A stretch of DNA of 64,000 nt from a candidate division FCPU426 bacterium (GTDB taxonomy: Bacteria > Oederibacteriota > Muellerivitia > Muellerivitales > Muellerivitaceae), in assembly GCA_963771075.1 (NCBI GenBank), contig CAVYSE010000018.1, positions 64,001 to 128,000 on the forward strand. Reading direction: 5' to 3'. Below are positions 19,542 through 28,984 of the stretch, one piece after another. The notes under the pieces are model-generated. The model was not told the origin of the DNA. It worked only from the letters and a program-made list of their open reading frames with translations, and did not search any database. Each line of letters begins with the position of its first letter. The stretch's first letter is position 1. Position numbers and translations under genes: made by a program.

Positions 19542-20864
19542 ACAGACCATTGGCTTGGTACATTCAAAGCTTGTTCCTCGACTTGATGTCTCGGAACAGA
19601 AGTATCAGGCCACCTTTTCAAAGAAGTCCGTGATGGATCGATGGGATAAGGGACTTCAAGCGTTGATCGGCTGACATTTGTTGGGCGAATTATTCCTCGC
19701 CAACCCCTTTGGAAAACTTTTTCCCTCCCGGATGCGTTTTTTTCTTGAAGGCCCGGCTTCCTCCGGTTTATTTTCACATCAATTGAAAGGGTACCCGATG
19801 ACTTGTGGTCATCGGGCTAGGGGAGAACCCAAGACAGCACTTGGCGGATAACTGTTAGCTTATCGCTAACGGCTACCAGCAAACCGCTAATGGCTATATT
19901 TGGAGGTTCCCCCATGGAATCAGCACAATCACCCGTTGGTCCTTCGGACCAGATGCCCTATCCCCTCAACCAAATCGTGATGGTTCCCATCGACGACCTG
20001 TGCGACCCGCCTTGGGACCCCCGGCCCGTCGTGGATGAGGGTCCCCTCCAGCTTCTCGTGGACTATATCGCTGGGGAAGGTTACACCCCTCCCATCCTGG
20101 CTTGGGTGGGGGATGGCCGAAAACCCTGGCCGGTGCTTTCCGGCAAACGCCGCCGATTGGCAAATCAACGGTTGGGGAAAACCGAAATCGCGACGATCTT
20201 CTTGGATTGCTCCGAAGAACGGGCAAAAGACCTGACTCAATCCACCAACGAGGACGATAAGCCCTATTGGCTGGGTTCTTGTATCCAAACCGAAACCAGG
20301 TTAGCGGAATTTGGTGAAAATTATGAGATCCTTGGAAAACGGATTGGAAAGACAAAATCCTGGGTTTCGAGAGCGATTTCGTTAACGAAATTACTTAGCA
20401 ATACTTCTCGGAAGATGATTTTCGACCAATATTTAAACGCAGTTGCGAATCGCAACTCAGTTCCAAAAAAAGAAGAAAATCAGGAAACGATCAGCGTAAA
20501 AAAGGGAAGAAAGGCGCAAAAAGAGGAAAATTTAGACGACAAACAATGGTTTTTGTTGGAATCGGTCGCTCTTGAATTATTGCCCCTTTTTAGGGGCCGG
20601 CCGGTGATAGAAGCCGTCCGGCTCGCCGATCAGGTGGTACCTGTCGTTCTTTCCCAAGAATTGGACGCGAAGGGCGTCGCCAAATTGGTTGGTATGTTGA
20701 ACAAGGGCCACGAGATATCCGACTTTATGGAACTCAACCTGAAGGGACCTGCGAAATCCCAATCCGGGGGCGCCACGGCAAAGGTTCATCATGCCGAGGG
20801 GGCTGATCCCGGTAATGGATCAGCACACCCAAAGAGTGACCCTCGGCTTGAGGCCTCGGGTCAG
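19542..20864 (+). repeat. 1.3-kb direct duplication, copy A (copy B at 30213-31535)
   Basis: Near-identical sequence at offset 10671 with only a few substitutions. Confidence 0.93.
19603..19674 (+). pseudogene. Orphan 3' end of the local GT4 paralog family (also at 30274-30345)
   Basis: TTTTCAAAGAAGTCCGTGATGGATCGATGGGATAA matches the 3' end of the GT ending at 30197. Confidence 0.8.
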
Positions 20865-23438
20865 GGGGCTGATCCTGGTAAGGGATCAGCACACCCAAAG
20901 AGTGACCCTCGGCTTGAGGCCTCGGGCCAGGGGGCTGATCCGCCAATTGAATCAGCACACCCAAAGAGTATGGCTCAGATTGAGGCTGAGCCACAGGGGG
21001 CTGGCCCTGAGGTGATTGTGGAGGAAGTCAAGAAGCCCACCTTAACCTTTTTTCAAAGGCTGAAATTATTCTGGCAGGGCATCCTCCAAGCATTTCGGAA
21101 CTTGCGGCAACCGCCTCCCGGGGAAACATCCCCCGCGAAATCGGACCCAACGAATCATGGTTCCGGTACAGGCGACCCTCCCAACGGGACCCAACCTGGA
21201 CCCACGGCCCAGGGGGCCGATTCTAGTATTGAATCGGCACTCCCCAAGAGTGGGCCGCAGCATGTGGCCGCGGCCCAGGGGGCCGATTCTAGTATTGAAT
21301 CGGCACTCCCCAAGAGTGGGCCGCAGCATGTGGCCGCGGCCCAGGGGGCCGATTCTAGTATTGAATCGGCACTCCCCAAGAGTGGGCCGCAGCATGTGGC
21401 CGCGGCCCAGGGGGCCGATTCTAGTATTGAATCGGCACTCCCCAAGAGTGGGCCGCAGCATGTGGCCACGGCCCAGGGGGCCGATTCTAGTATTGAATCG
21501 GCACTCCCCAAGAGTGGGCCGCAGCATGTGGCCACGGCCCAGGGGGTAAGACCAAGGGCTTCGCTAAAGGCTAATAGCCAACCGCCAAAGACTGTCTTTT
21601 CCGATTTTCTGGCTGACTTGGCCGAGGTCTTCCAAGGCTTTACCGCCGCCGGGGTGAAGGACTTTTTAGGCAAAATACCTGAGAACAAGTGGCAGGCCGT
21701 AGGTTATATCCTCGAAAAGGGCCTAAAAGGCGGGATCAAGTGCCTGGGGCATCTGCTTGTGGTGCTTGTGAAACATTTCTTTAAGCTGACGGGAAAGGGC
21801 ATCCACAACATCTCCAAATCCGTGGCCGCATGGGTCATGCCCATTCATTCCAGTAGCGGGTCCAGGTCCCACGGCACCCGAACCGGCCAGAATCCCCTCT
21901 TATATTTAGGCCACTGGGTGGTCTATGGGTTCATCACCTTGGCTTGCTATTCGATCGTGCTGGGGTCCATCGCGAACTTTATTCCGGTCATCGGACCCTG
22001 GATAAGGTCCGGGGAATGGACCTTCCTCCATCTTTTGCCCCAGGTGCCCCTTTGGCTGTTGGGTAAGATTTTACAACATCTTTGGATCTCCTTGGGTCTG
22101 TGGCTCATGCTTCTTTGGATGATCCACCGGGCCTTCAAGCCGGGTTTGGGGTGGCTCATCACTTTGTTTGTTCTTTTTCTCGCCGCCTGGCATTTCAAGG
22201 GTTGGGTGATGGATCAGTTACACCTTGATTTGCCGGCCTTCGAACCCAAGACGTCGGCCGCGGCCCAGGTCTCTGGCCCGAAGTCACAAACTGAGGGCGT
22301 CGGTTCTTCTTTAGAACCGACACACCCAAACCGTGGGCCTAATCTTGAAGATTCGGCCCAGGGGCATGATTTGAGAATACCCATTACCGAAAAAGGAATG
22401 GGTACCCCTCCACCTTTGTCGGCCCTTTCAGCCCCGCCGCCCACGGCGATTGTTTCCTCCCCACCCCCATCGGCGAAACCTAAACCTGCCGCAAAACTTA
22501 AGACCCCGCCTAAAAAGGTCTTAGTTGAAAGCCAAAGCGCAACACTTAAAACCGAGAACTCGGTCGCTCCCGTGGCTCTCCCCGGCGCACCCGCCACGGG
22601 GGAAGAGGCGGCGTGGGTGGCCGAGCTCATCCCCGCTTTTCACACGCCCTTCCTGGTGAAGCCTTTGGATCTTCAGCCTGACCCAACCATTTCCCCCGTC
22701 ATGGTCCAGAAAAGGCTTTCCGAAATCCAGGACCCCGAAAGGTTCCGCGTTTACGTGGGGCATGACCGCCAAACGATTAAATCCATGAACGTGGACGATG
22801 GCGGAATGGACCTATTCTTCAACGGCTCCTTCGGCGGGCTTTTGGGCGACTCATCCAGCTTTCGGTTCTTCTGGGAAGACGTGCAGGGCATCCGCCTGGC
22901 GACGGTGGAGGTTTCGGGCGACAAGCCGCAAACGCTTTGCTTTTGCGCGCTGGAAGTGAAGACCAAGAAAAAAATGGCGGCCTTCGAATGCGCGCCGGGG
23001 GACGTGGCCCATTTGGTGTCGGCCCTGGCGGCGCAGTTCAAAAGCTCCACGAAAAGGGAGGTATCGGTGGCGCCCCTGCCTTACCTGAACCAGGGTATGT
23101 GGCTGGGCGGGCAGAACCAGGTGGATGGGATGTGGAAGGAAAGCCCTGCGGGGCGGTCGCAAGAGGTGAAACTGCGCTTTACCCCGGCGGACTGGAAAAG
23201 GCCCACGACCGGCGGCGGAATCCGCCTGGGGGATTACCTTTGGAGCCTGGGCGTGAACCAGGATAACCAAACCGGGAAGGAAGAATTGCTCAGGCAGTTG
23301 GGCGGAACGGCCTCGGGACCGTCGACCCTTTTCGTGGTGGGCCCGGACGATTGGCGCAAGGCCCAGAATGCCGAGACCGGCCCCGAAAACGACCCCTTCA
23401 ACCCGCCCCGCAGGGCGGTGCGCCTGCCGGCGCCGTGA
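19914..23438 (+). CDS. ParB/Srx N-terminal domain + HTH + repeat linker + TM helices + C-terminal PDZ-like domain
   Basis: PWDPR, PPILAW, VLSGKRRRLA (ParB arginine patch), GKTKSWVSRAISL (HTH), hydrophobic block, SPAGR...GIRLGDYLWSL; GGAGG RBS before ATG 19914. Confidence 0.7.
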   Translation: MESAQSPVGPSDQMPYPLNQIVMVPIDDLCDPPWDPRPVVDEGPLQLLVDYIAGEGYTPPILAWVGDGRKPWPVLSGKRRRLANQRLGKTEIATIFLDCSEERAKDLTQSTNEDDKPYWLGSCIQTETRLAEFGENYEILGKRIGKTKSWVSRAISLTKLLSNTSRKMIFDQYLNAVANRNSVPKKEENQETISVKKGRKAQKEENLDDKQWFLLESVALELLPLFRGRPVIEAVRLADQVVPVVLSQELDAKGVAKLVGMLNKGHEISDFMELNLKGPAKSQSGGATAKVHHAEGADPGNGSAHPKSDPRLEASGQGADPGKGSAHPKSDPRLEASGQGADPPIESAHPKSMAQIEAEPQGAGPEVIVEEVKKPTLTFFQRLKLFWQGILQAFRNLRQPPPGETSPAKSDPTNHGSGTGDPPNGTQPGPTAQGADSSIESALPKSGPQHVAAAQGADSSIESALPKSGPQHVAAAQGADSSIESALPKSGPQHVAAAQGADSSIESALPKSGPQHVATAQGADSSIESALPKSGPQHVATAQGVRPRASLKANSQPPKTVFSDFLADLAEVFQGFTAAGVKDFLGKIPENKWQAVGYILEKGLKGGIKCLGHLLVVLVKHFFKLTGKGIHNISKSVAAWVMPIHSSSGSRSHGTRTGQNPLLYLGHWVVYGFITLACYSIVLGSIANFIPVIGPWIRSGEWTFLHLLPQVPLWLLGKILQHLWISLGLWLMLLWMIHRAFKPGLGWLITLFVLFLAAWHFKGWVMDQLHLDLPAFEPKTSAAAQVSGPKSQTEGVGSSLEPTHPNRGPNLEDSAQGHDLRIPITEKGMGTPPPLSALSAPPPTAIVSSPPPSAKPKPAAKLKTPPKKVLVESQSATLKTENSVAPVALPGAPATGEEAAWVAELIPAFHTPFLVKPLDLQPDPTISPVMVQKRLSEIQDPERFRVYVGHDRQTIKSMNVDDGGMDLFFNGSFGGLLGDSSSFRFFWEDVQGIRLATVEVSGDKPQTLCFCALEVKTKKKMAAFECAPGDVAHLVSALAAQFKSSTKREVSVAPLPYLNQGMWLGGQNQVDGMWKESPAGRSQEVKLRFTPADWKRPTTGGGIRLGDYLWSLGVNQDNQTGKEELLRQLGGTASGPSTLFVVGPDDWRKAQNAETGPENDPFNPPRRAVRLPAP
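20802..20995 (+). repeat. Three in-frame 66-bp double-hairpin modules (type 1)
   Basis: GCTGATCC-N7-GGATCAGC + linker + 27-nt hairpin; period 66. Confidence 0.9.
21216..21541 (+). repeat. Five in-frame 66-bp double-hairpin modules (type 2)
   Basis: GCCGATTC-N7-GAATCGGC + TGGGCCGC...GCGGCCCA; encodes GADSSIESALPKSGPQHVA(A/T)AQ. Confidence 0.93.
22299..22360 (+). repeat. Single diverged double-hairpin module
   Basis: GTCGGTTC-N7-GAACCGAC + ACACCCAAACCG + TGGGCCTAAT-CTTGAAG-ATTCGGCCCA. Confidence 0.8.
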
Positions 23439-23446
23439 GGATTTCC

Positions 23447-23493
23447 GGGGCCAGGCCTCCAATTTCCATTTTTGGGGCCCCGGCCCGGAGGGG
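23447..23493 (+). repeat. Dispersed GGGGYCAGGC..TTTCCRTTTTT..CCCGGC boundary repeat
   Basis: Similar copies at 26822/28153 (split by IS110), 38749 and 40155. Confidence 0.72.
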
Positions 23494-23604
23494 TGCTGTC
23501 AGGCAAGACGCATCGAAGCCCCCGTCGAAACCATCGGTATTGTCACAAGATGAGCGATTGGGTGTATAATCGGAAAGTAGGAATAAGTAGGAAAGTGAGA
23601 AAAT

Positions 23605-23865
23605 ATGGCATCCGTTCGAATCCGTGAAAAAGGCCAAATGACCCTGCCGAATTCCCTTCGGCGGGAAATGGGTTGGAGTTCCGAATATTTCGTCAATGCC
23701 GTCAAGGTGGGGGATTCGGTCCTGTTGATCCCCAAACCCGTCGTGGGGGACGCTCTCGCCCGCAAGGCGGCCCGGACCATGAAAACCCAGGGAATCACCC
23801 TCAGGGACCTATTGGGTGAACTGAAAAAAGCCAGGAAAGATTACTCCAAAAAAGATGCCCGCTAA
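23605..23865 (+). CDS. AbrB/MazE/SpoVT-family antitoxin
   Basis: VRIREKGQMTLPNSLR; overlaps the PIN gene; upstream AAGTAGGAA direct repeats after TATAAT. Confidence 0.85.
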   Translation: MASVRIREKGQMTLPNSLRREMGWSSEYFVNAVKVGDSVLLIPKPVVGDALARKAARTMKTQGITLRDLLGELKKARKDYSKKDAR

Positions 23866-24301
23866 CCGGTTTTTGAGGGTTTTCCTCGACGCCAGCGTTT
23901 GGGTGGCAGGGATCGTTTCCGAGAAGGGCGCCGCGCGGGAAATTCTCCGCTTGACGGAGGCGGGTCTTTTGGAAGTGACAGTATCAGAACAGGTGATCGT
24001 GGAGTTGGACCGTGTGATGAACGCGAAATTTCCGGAGCTTGTGCCGGAGGTACGTGGGTTTCTCAAGGCGGTCCGGCCCCGGGCGGTGGATGATCCGACG
24101 GAACAGGAAATCCGGGCCTTTCGGAGTGTCCTGGAGGCGGGGGATGCAAGCATCCTCGCGGCGGCGGAACGGGAAAAAGTGGATTACCTGGTGACCTGGG
24201 ACCGAAATGATTTTCTTAAGGGAAACGCGCAAAAACTATCTAAATGCCGGATCACCGACCCGGGTGATTTTTTAAGGGCTTTCCGGGAATACATAGGGTA
24301 A
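23855..24301 (+). CDS. PIN-domain toxin
   Basis: RVFLDASV, GDASILAAA, YLVTWDRNDF. Confidence 0.85.
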   Translation: MPANRFLRVFLDASVWVAGIVSEKGAAREILRLTEAGLLEVTVSEQVIVELDRVMNAKFPELVPEVRGFLKAVRPRAVDDPTEQEIRAFRSVLEAGDASILAAAEREKVDYLVTWDRNDFLKGNAQKLSKCRITDPGDFLRAFREYIG

Positions 24302-24433
24302 ATGACCAACCTGAAGGGATCAGATTTCAAGCGACGCGGGGGAGTATCTGAAAATAGGGAATTAGCCCAGGGCCCTTTTGGGTCACTCACTTAACACCCT
24401 TTTCACCGCCAAGAACGCCAAGAACACCTAAAT

Positions 24434-24528
24434 GGGAATCGATGGGCGGTGATAAAAATACGCGTGGAAAAAGACCGGCGATTGGAGAAGATGGTCCATA
24501 AGTGTCAAGTGTTGTCCTGACCCCATTT
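24434..24528 (+). mobile_element. Diverged right-end remnant related to the 435-bp element
   Basis: Encodes GNRWAVIKIRVEKDRRLEKMVHKCQVLS*, cf. GNRIAMVKKRMEGETRFKARIDNIK*; ends TGACCCCATT. Confidence 0.68.
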
Positions 24529-24542
24529 TCGCGCGGGATGGT

Positions 24543-25568
24543 GTGGCGATTAAAAGGGTTTGGCGGCCGTCTTTCCACCAGCACTCCATGATTGGCCGCG
24601 TCTTGAATGCTGTTTGGATGTTGAAGTATTGGTGGCTCAGACTGCTCTTTAACCCTCAAATCAAACCCGATGTCATCCTGATCGGGACCGACCCGCTTTT
24701 TTCAATTATTTTGGTTCCGTGGCTGAAATTGCTCCGCCCCAAGGCCAAGATCGTCCATTGGTGTTTTGACCTTTACCCGGAAGCCGCCATCGCGGATGGG
24801 GTGATTGGGGATGGGAATCCCCTGGTCAAGATCGTGAAATGGATGATGAAGGGGGGATATCAAAAATGCGATTTGGTCGCCGATTTGGGAAGCTGCATGA
24901 GGGAAAGGCTGAAAGATTACGGCATTCAAAAAAGCGTGACGCTTACGCCCTGGGCATTGGAGGAGCCCCCTGAACCCTTGGGCTTCGATAAAGATGAACG
25001 GGCGCTTTTATTCGGGGATGCCCCTTTGGGGATGCTTTATTCGGGAAGTTTCGGCCGTGCCCATGAATTCTACCTGATCCTTAAACTGGCACGAAAGCTT
25101 CATTCTAAAGTGATGATCAACTACGGGGTTCGTGGAAGCCGGCTGGAAGAGTTGAAACTGGCGATTAACCCGGAAGATACCAATGTTCGAATTTCAGGTT
25201 TCGCGCCACCCGATCGATTGGCCGCGCGCCTTTGCGCTCCCGATATCCATATCGTCTCCCTTCGCCCGGAATGGGAAGGCATCGTGGTGCCCTCAAAGTT
25301 TTTTGGGGCCCTGGCCGTGGGAAGGCCGGTGTTGTTTGAGGGGCCTGAAAAATCGGCCATTGCCCAATGGATCAAGGAACACCAAGTCGGCTGGGTTTTG
25401 AGGCCCGGCAACCTGGAAGAAGTGGCGGGCGACCTGGCGCGTTTTTCGGCCGACGAGGCCGGGAAGGCGGCGATGTTCAAGCATTGCAACGAGACCTATA
25501 AGAAGTTCTTCTCCAAGAAGGCGGTTATGGACCACTGGGATAAAGAACTTCAAGCGCTGACCGGCTGA
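24543..25568 (+). pseudogene. 5'-truncated GT4 (WbuB/WcaI-like)
   Basis: Paralog of 28985-30197 lacking the N-terminal LNHYYWPDDVA region; VVPSKFFGALAVGRPV. Confidence 0.8.
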
Positions 25569-25635
25569 CAATGGTCGCGCGGATGATTCTACTCAAACTA
25601 TTTTGGAAACCTTTTTTCGAGGCTTGAAAGGTCTG

Positions 25636-25670
25636 TTGACCGATTTAATATTAGATATTAAAATTGCATC
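25636..25670 (+). promoter_or_regulatory. sigma70-type promoter with palindromic operator, probably leaderless
   Basis: TTGACC-17-TAAAAT, ATG 7 nt downstream, no SD; TTTAATAT-TAG-ATATTAAA at 25644-25662. Confidence 0.6.
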
Positions 25671-26822
25671 ATGTATCTCCATCGGTTACTGGAAAAGACA
25701 CTGTCCCAGGTCCAAAAAGCATTCCCCGCCGTTGTCCTGACTGGCCCCCGGCAGTCGGGGAAGAGCACTCTTTTACGCCATTTCCTGGCGGCCCGGAAAC
25801 CCACGATCCTTTCGCTGGAGGACCCGCGGACCCGTTCACTCATCGCGGAAGACCCCTTGACCTACCTCCGACGGCTTCCCAAACCGGCGGTATTGGATGA
25901 GATCCAGTATTACCCGGACATCACGGTTTACGTGAAAATGATCGTGGATGCCGACCGGAAACCCGGCCAATGGTTCTTGACGGGCTCCCAGCAGTTCACC
26001 CTGATGCGCCACGTATCCGAGTCGATGGCCGGCCGGGCCGCCATCTTGACCCTTCCCCCGATCCAAATGGGGGAACGGAAAAAGACACCCAACTTGGAGG
26101 GCTTTATGGCGGGTCCCAGCTACCCGCAACCCCTGCTTGCCCCCAAAAAACATGCCGCCCTTTGGTATTCTTCCTACCTCCAGACTTACCTGGAGCGGGA
26201 CATCCGAACCCAGCTCGCCGTCTCGGATTTGCGGGATTTCGAGAAATTGATCAGGCTTCTCGCGGCCCGGACGGCCCAGGTGCTCGATTACACATCCCTG
26301 GCGGGGCCCTTGGGCTTGAGCGTGCCCACCGTTAAAAGATGGGTTTCGGCGCTCTCGGCCGGTTACATCATCCACTTGCTCCAGCCCTATTACGAGAATT
26401 TCGGAAAACGCATCATCAAGGCCCCCAAGATTTACTTTTACGATCCCGGTTTGCCGGCTTATTTGCTCCGGCTGGACCAGGGCCCCCCTGTCCAGCATGG
26501 GCCCATGGCGGGAGCCCTATTCGAAAACGCGGTGGTCTCCGAAATGCTGAAGGCCGGATGGGCGAAAGGGACACAGCCGGAGTTCTATTATTGGCACTCC
26601 CAAGGCGGGATGGAGGTGGACCTGCTCGTTCCCGGCCAGGGCGGATACGACCCGGTCGAAATCAAGCTGGCGTCCCGGTTGAAGGCGGACCATGCCCGTA
26701 ACCTGAAATACTGGCTGGAACTTTCCGGGCGAAAAAATGCGGTGGGGACTCTGGTCACCGATTCCAAAGAGGAATTTCCGGGCGCCAAAATCCGGAACAT
26801 GCATTGGGAAAATCTGTTATAG
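25671..26822 (+). CDS. AAA_14 ATPase with DUF4143 / C-terminal nuclease-like domain
   Basis: GPRQSGKST, VLDEIQ, LTGSQ, APKIYFYDPG, EVDL...VEIK. Confidence 0.9.
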   Translation: MYLHRLLEKTLSQVQKAFPAVVLTGPRQSGKSTLLRHFLAARKPTILSLEDPRTRSLIAEDPLTYLRRLPKPAVLDEIQYYPDITVYVKMIVDADRKPGQWFLTGSQQFTLMRHVSESMAGRAAILTLPPIQMGERKKTPNLEGFMAGPSYPQPLLAPKKHAALWYSSYLQTYLERDIRTQLAVSDLRDFEKLIRLLAARTAQVLDYTSLAGPLGLSVPTVKRWVSALSAGYIIHLLQPYYENFGKRIIKAPKIYFYDPGLPAYLLRLDQGPPVQHGPMAGALFENAVVSEMLKAGWAKGTQPEFYYWHSQGGMEVDLLVPGQGGYDPVEIKLASRLKADHARNLKYWLELSGRKNAVGTLVTDSKEEFPGAKIRNMHWENLL

Positions 26823-26840
26823 GGGTCACCTATGAAAAAG

Positions 26841-26994
26841 AATGTCCAGGCAAAAGCGTAGTATCACGGCCCCAAGTCCAACCTGAGTCTCAAAGGACTA
26901 CAAGTCAGTCACCTATTCGCGGTTGTTTCACCGCACGATAACGTTGGACCCGGCCGCTCAATCAGGCCAAGGACCTCAACTCTTGCGGGTTGTG
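26841..26994 (-). ncRNA. Predicted bridge/seek RNA of the IS110 element
   Basis: Non-coding end downstream of the recombinase, with segments matching both sides of the circle junction and the target, the donor pair enclosed by a stem. Confidence 0.65.
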
Positions 26995-28017
26995 TCAGAC
27001 CCCGTCGGAGCTGGCCGGGCAGTCCTCAAAAGCTTCCTTCTTTCGTAACATATGAAAGATGCTTTTCAGCATAGCCCTTGCTACTGCTATTCGTCCCGCG
27101 TTATTCCCATGCTTCTTCTTCACCCTCGTGTATAAGGTCCCATACCGTCGGGTTTTGCGAATGGCATGAAGCGAGTTCTCAACCAATATCCAGCGAATCC
27201 ATTTAGAACCCTGTTTGGTGATGTGGCCGTTGTGGCTTTTTCCCCCTGATGCGTGAACACTGGGGACCAATCCACCATAAGAACATAGATGTTCCGCGTC
27301 CGGGAACCGGCGAATATCCCCAATCTCGCTCAAAATTAATAAAGCCGAAAAGGCACCCACGCCTGGCATGGTCATCATCAGCTGGGCTTCCGGGCTTTCT
27401 GCTGCCATTTTCTTGATCACCTCTTCTGATTTGGCGATCTCTTGGCCTAGTTCCCGGATTACTTCCATATATCCGTCCAGTTCCAAACGGTAGCAAGGCC
27501 GGGTACCTACCGTGGCAAGTTCGCGGAAGTTCTTTATTCCGAATCGGTTTTTAGTAACGGGTTCGATTCCCGCCTTGGTCATGACCGAAGTCATCCGGTT
27601 TTTGGCTTGTGTTCTCAATTGCACCAGGGAAGCCCGGTACCTAAGGATTTCCCGTAAGTCGCGGATCTCTCGGGGTGGCACATAGGCTCGTGGCAGCAGA
27701 TCCACCCGCAAAAGTTGAGCCAGGATTCCCGAATCAATTTTATCCGTCTTGATCTTGGCCGAGGCTATGGCTTTGACCTTTTGGGGGTGGGCCAATACCA
27801 GGTTGGGGAATCGATCCTCGATGAGTTCGTAAAAGTGATACCAATGACCTGTGGCTTCTACTACGACCTGGCTACTCACGGGTTGCTTCTTGAAATAAGC
27901 CTTTAAAGTATCCGCGTCGTTCTTCAGATCGACTTGTTCCAGCACCTTTCCTTTCTCATTCACTCTCGTGACGTAGGATGTTTTCTGGTGTAGGTCTACT
28001 CCGATATACTGTCCCAC
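26995..28017 (-). CDS. IS110-family DEDD recombinase
   Basis: IGVDLH, VVEATG, KTDKID, GLVPSVHASGG, ITKQG. Confidence 0.95.
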   Translation of the reverse strand: MGQYIGVDLHQKTSYVTRVNEKGKVLEQVDLKNDADTLKAYFKKQPVSSQVVVEATGHWYHFYELIEDRFPNLVLAHPQKVKAIASAKIKTDKIDSGILAQLLRVDLLPRAYVPPREIRDLREILRYRASLVQLRTQAKNRMTSVMTKAGIEPVTKNRFGIKNFRELATVGTRPCYRLELDGYMEVIRELGQEIAKSEEVIKKMAAESPEAQLMMTMPGVGAFSALLILSEIGDIRRFPDAEHLCSYGGLVPSVHASGGKSHNGHITKQGSKWIRWILVENSLHAIRKTRRYGTLYTRVKKKHGNNAGRIAVARAMLKSIFHMLRKKEAFEDCPASSDGV

Positions 28018-28396
28018 GGCTGCACCTCCTAAGCGTTTTGCACCACCTGCAAAGGTGAGTGCCTTTTCGACTCTGGGTTTATCCTAGAGCCTCGTCCCAC
28101 TTAAGTGGAGACGCTCTACGCTTGGAGCTCTGCAGCCTTTTTCATGTTATCAGGCTACCATTTTCCATTTTTCAAACCCGGCTCCGGCTGGGCCATGGGG
28201 AGCCCGAACCCAGGCAGAGGCTTCTATTGATTGTCGCTTGATGGGACCAAGTCCCCGACGCTCTTTGACGGGAGAACTCAAAACTTAATCTCCCTGTTAC
28301 CTAATCTAAAAGCCGAAAACATCCGGTCATGCAGGCGGGCATCATGTTGGATTGTGAATAGGGCTATAATACGGGAAACACCGAAGGAGGCGTCCC

Positions 28397-28627
28397 TTGA
28401 CCTGGCAAGATCGAATCATTATTAATCCTGAAGTCATGGTAGGAAAACCCATTGTTAAGGGTACCCGGATTACGGTTGAGTTCATTTTCGGCTTATTGGC
28501 CCAAGGGTGGAAAACCGATGAAATCCTCAAGAATTATCCTGGCATTGAACGTGAGGATATCCAGGCTTGCCTGATTTACGCGAGTGATGTTTTGCGCGCC
28601 GAAAAAGTTTATCCCCTTCCCGTATAA
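28397..28627 (+). CDS. DUF433-family antitoxin
   Basis: RIIINPEVMVGKPIVKGTRITVE...YPGIEREDIQAC; AAGGAGG RBS. Confidence 0.9.
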   Translation: MTWQDRIIINPEVMVGKPIVKGTRITVEFIFGLLAQGWKTDEILKNYPGIEREDIQACLIYASDVLRAEKVYPLPV

Positions 28628-28629
28628 AT

Positions 28630-28818
28630 ATGCGTTTTTTAGCTGATGAGAATTTTCCCGGTTCTGTTGTCGAAACCCTGAGGTTTGAAGGGCATGATGT
28701 TTTTTGGGCCAGGGTGGATTCCCCGGGGACAAAGGACAGGAGCCTCCTTTCCCGCGCGGAGGATGAGGGCCGGATCCTTTGGCCTGATGATGTCGCGCCT
28801 GATTCTTGTATGGAATAG
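28630..28818 (+). pseudogene. DUF5615 PIN-like toxin, truncated and joined to a GT 5' fragment
   Basis: MRFLADENFP...EGRIL, then switches to WPDDVA. Confidence 0.82.
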
Positions 28819-28860
28819 GCACGCCCAATCTTGCGCCTCGGCTTGAAGACCTCGGCGCGG
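28797..28860 (+). repeat. Double-hairpin module outside the ParB-like ORF
   Basis: GCCTGATTC-TTGTATG-GAATAGGC ACGCCCAATC TTGCGCCTCGG-CTTGAAG-ACCTCGGCGCG. Confidence 0.72.
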
Positions 28861-28984
28861 GTCCATCATCGTGAGTTTTCAAACAGTTGGTGCGAATGAT
28901 TAAAAAAGTTCTTGTGCTAAATCATTACGGATTCGACTCCCTATGGTCGCTCACCGCAGGCTATTTCTTTGAGGTGGATTAAGA

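Larger units (their letters stand above)
26829..28152 (-). mobile_element. IS110-family element of IS1111 type
   Basis: Sub-terminal IRs ATGAAAAAG (26832-26840) / CTTTTTCAT (28137-28145); shared core TCA at 26826-26828 and 28150-28152; no target duplication. Confidence 0.85.

Noticed and set aside
21216..21541. Possible CRISPR array
   Set aside because: Units are near-identical head-to-tail 66-mers with no unique spacers, lie in frame in an ORF, and no cas genes are present
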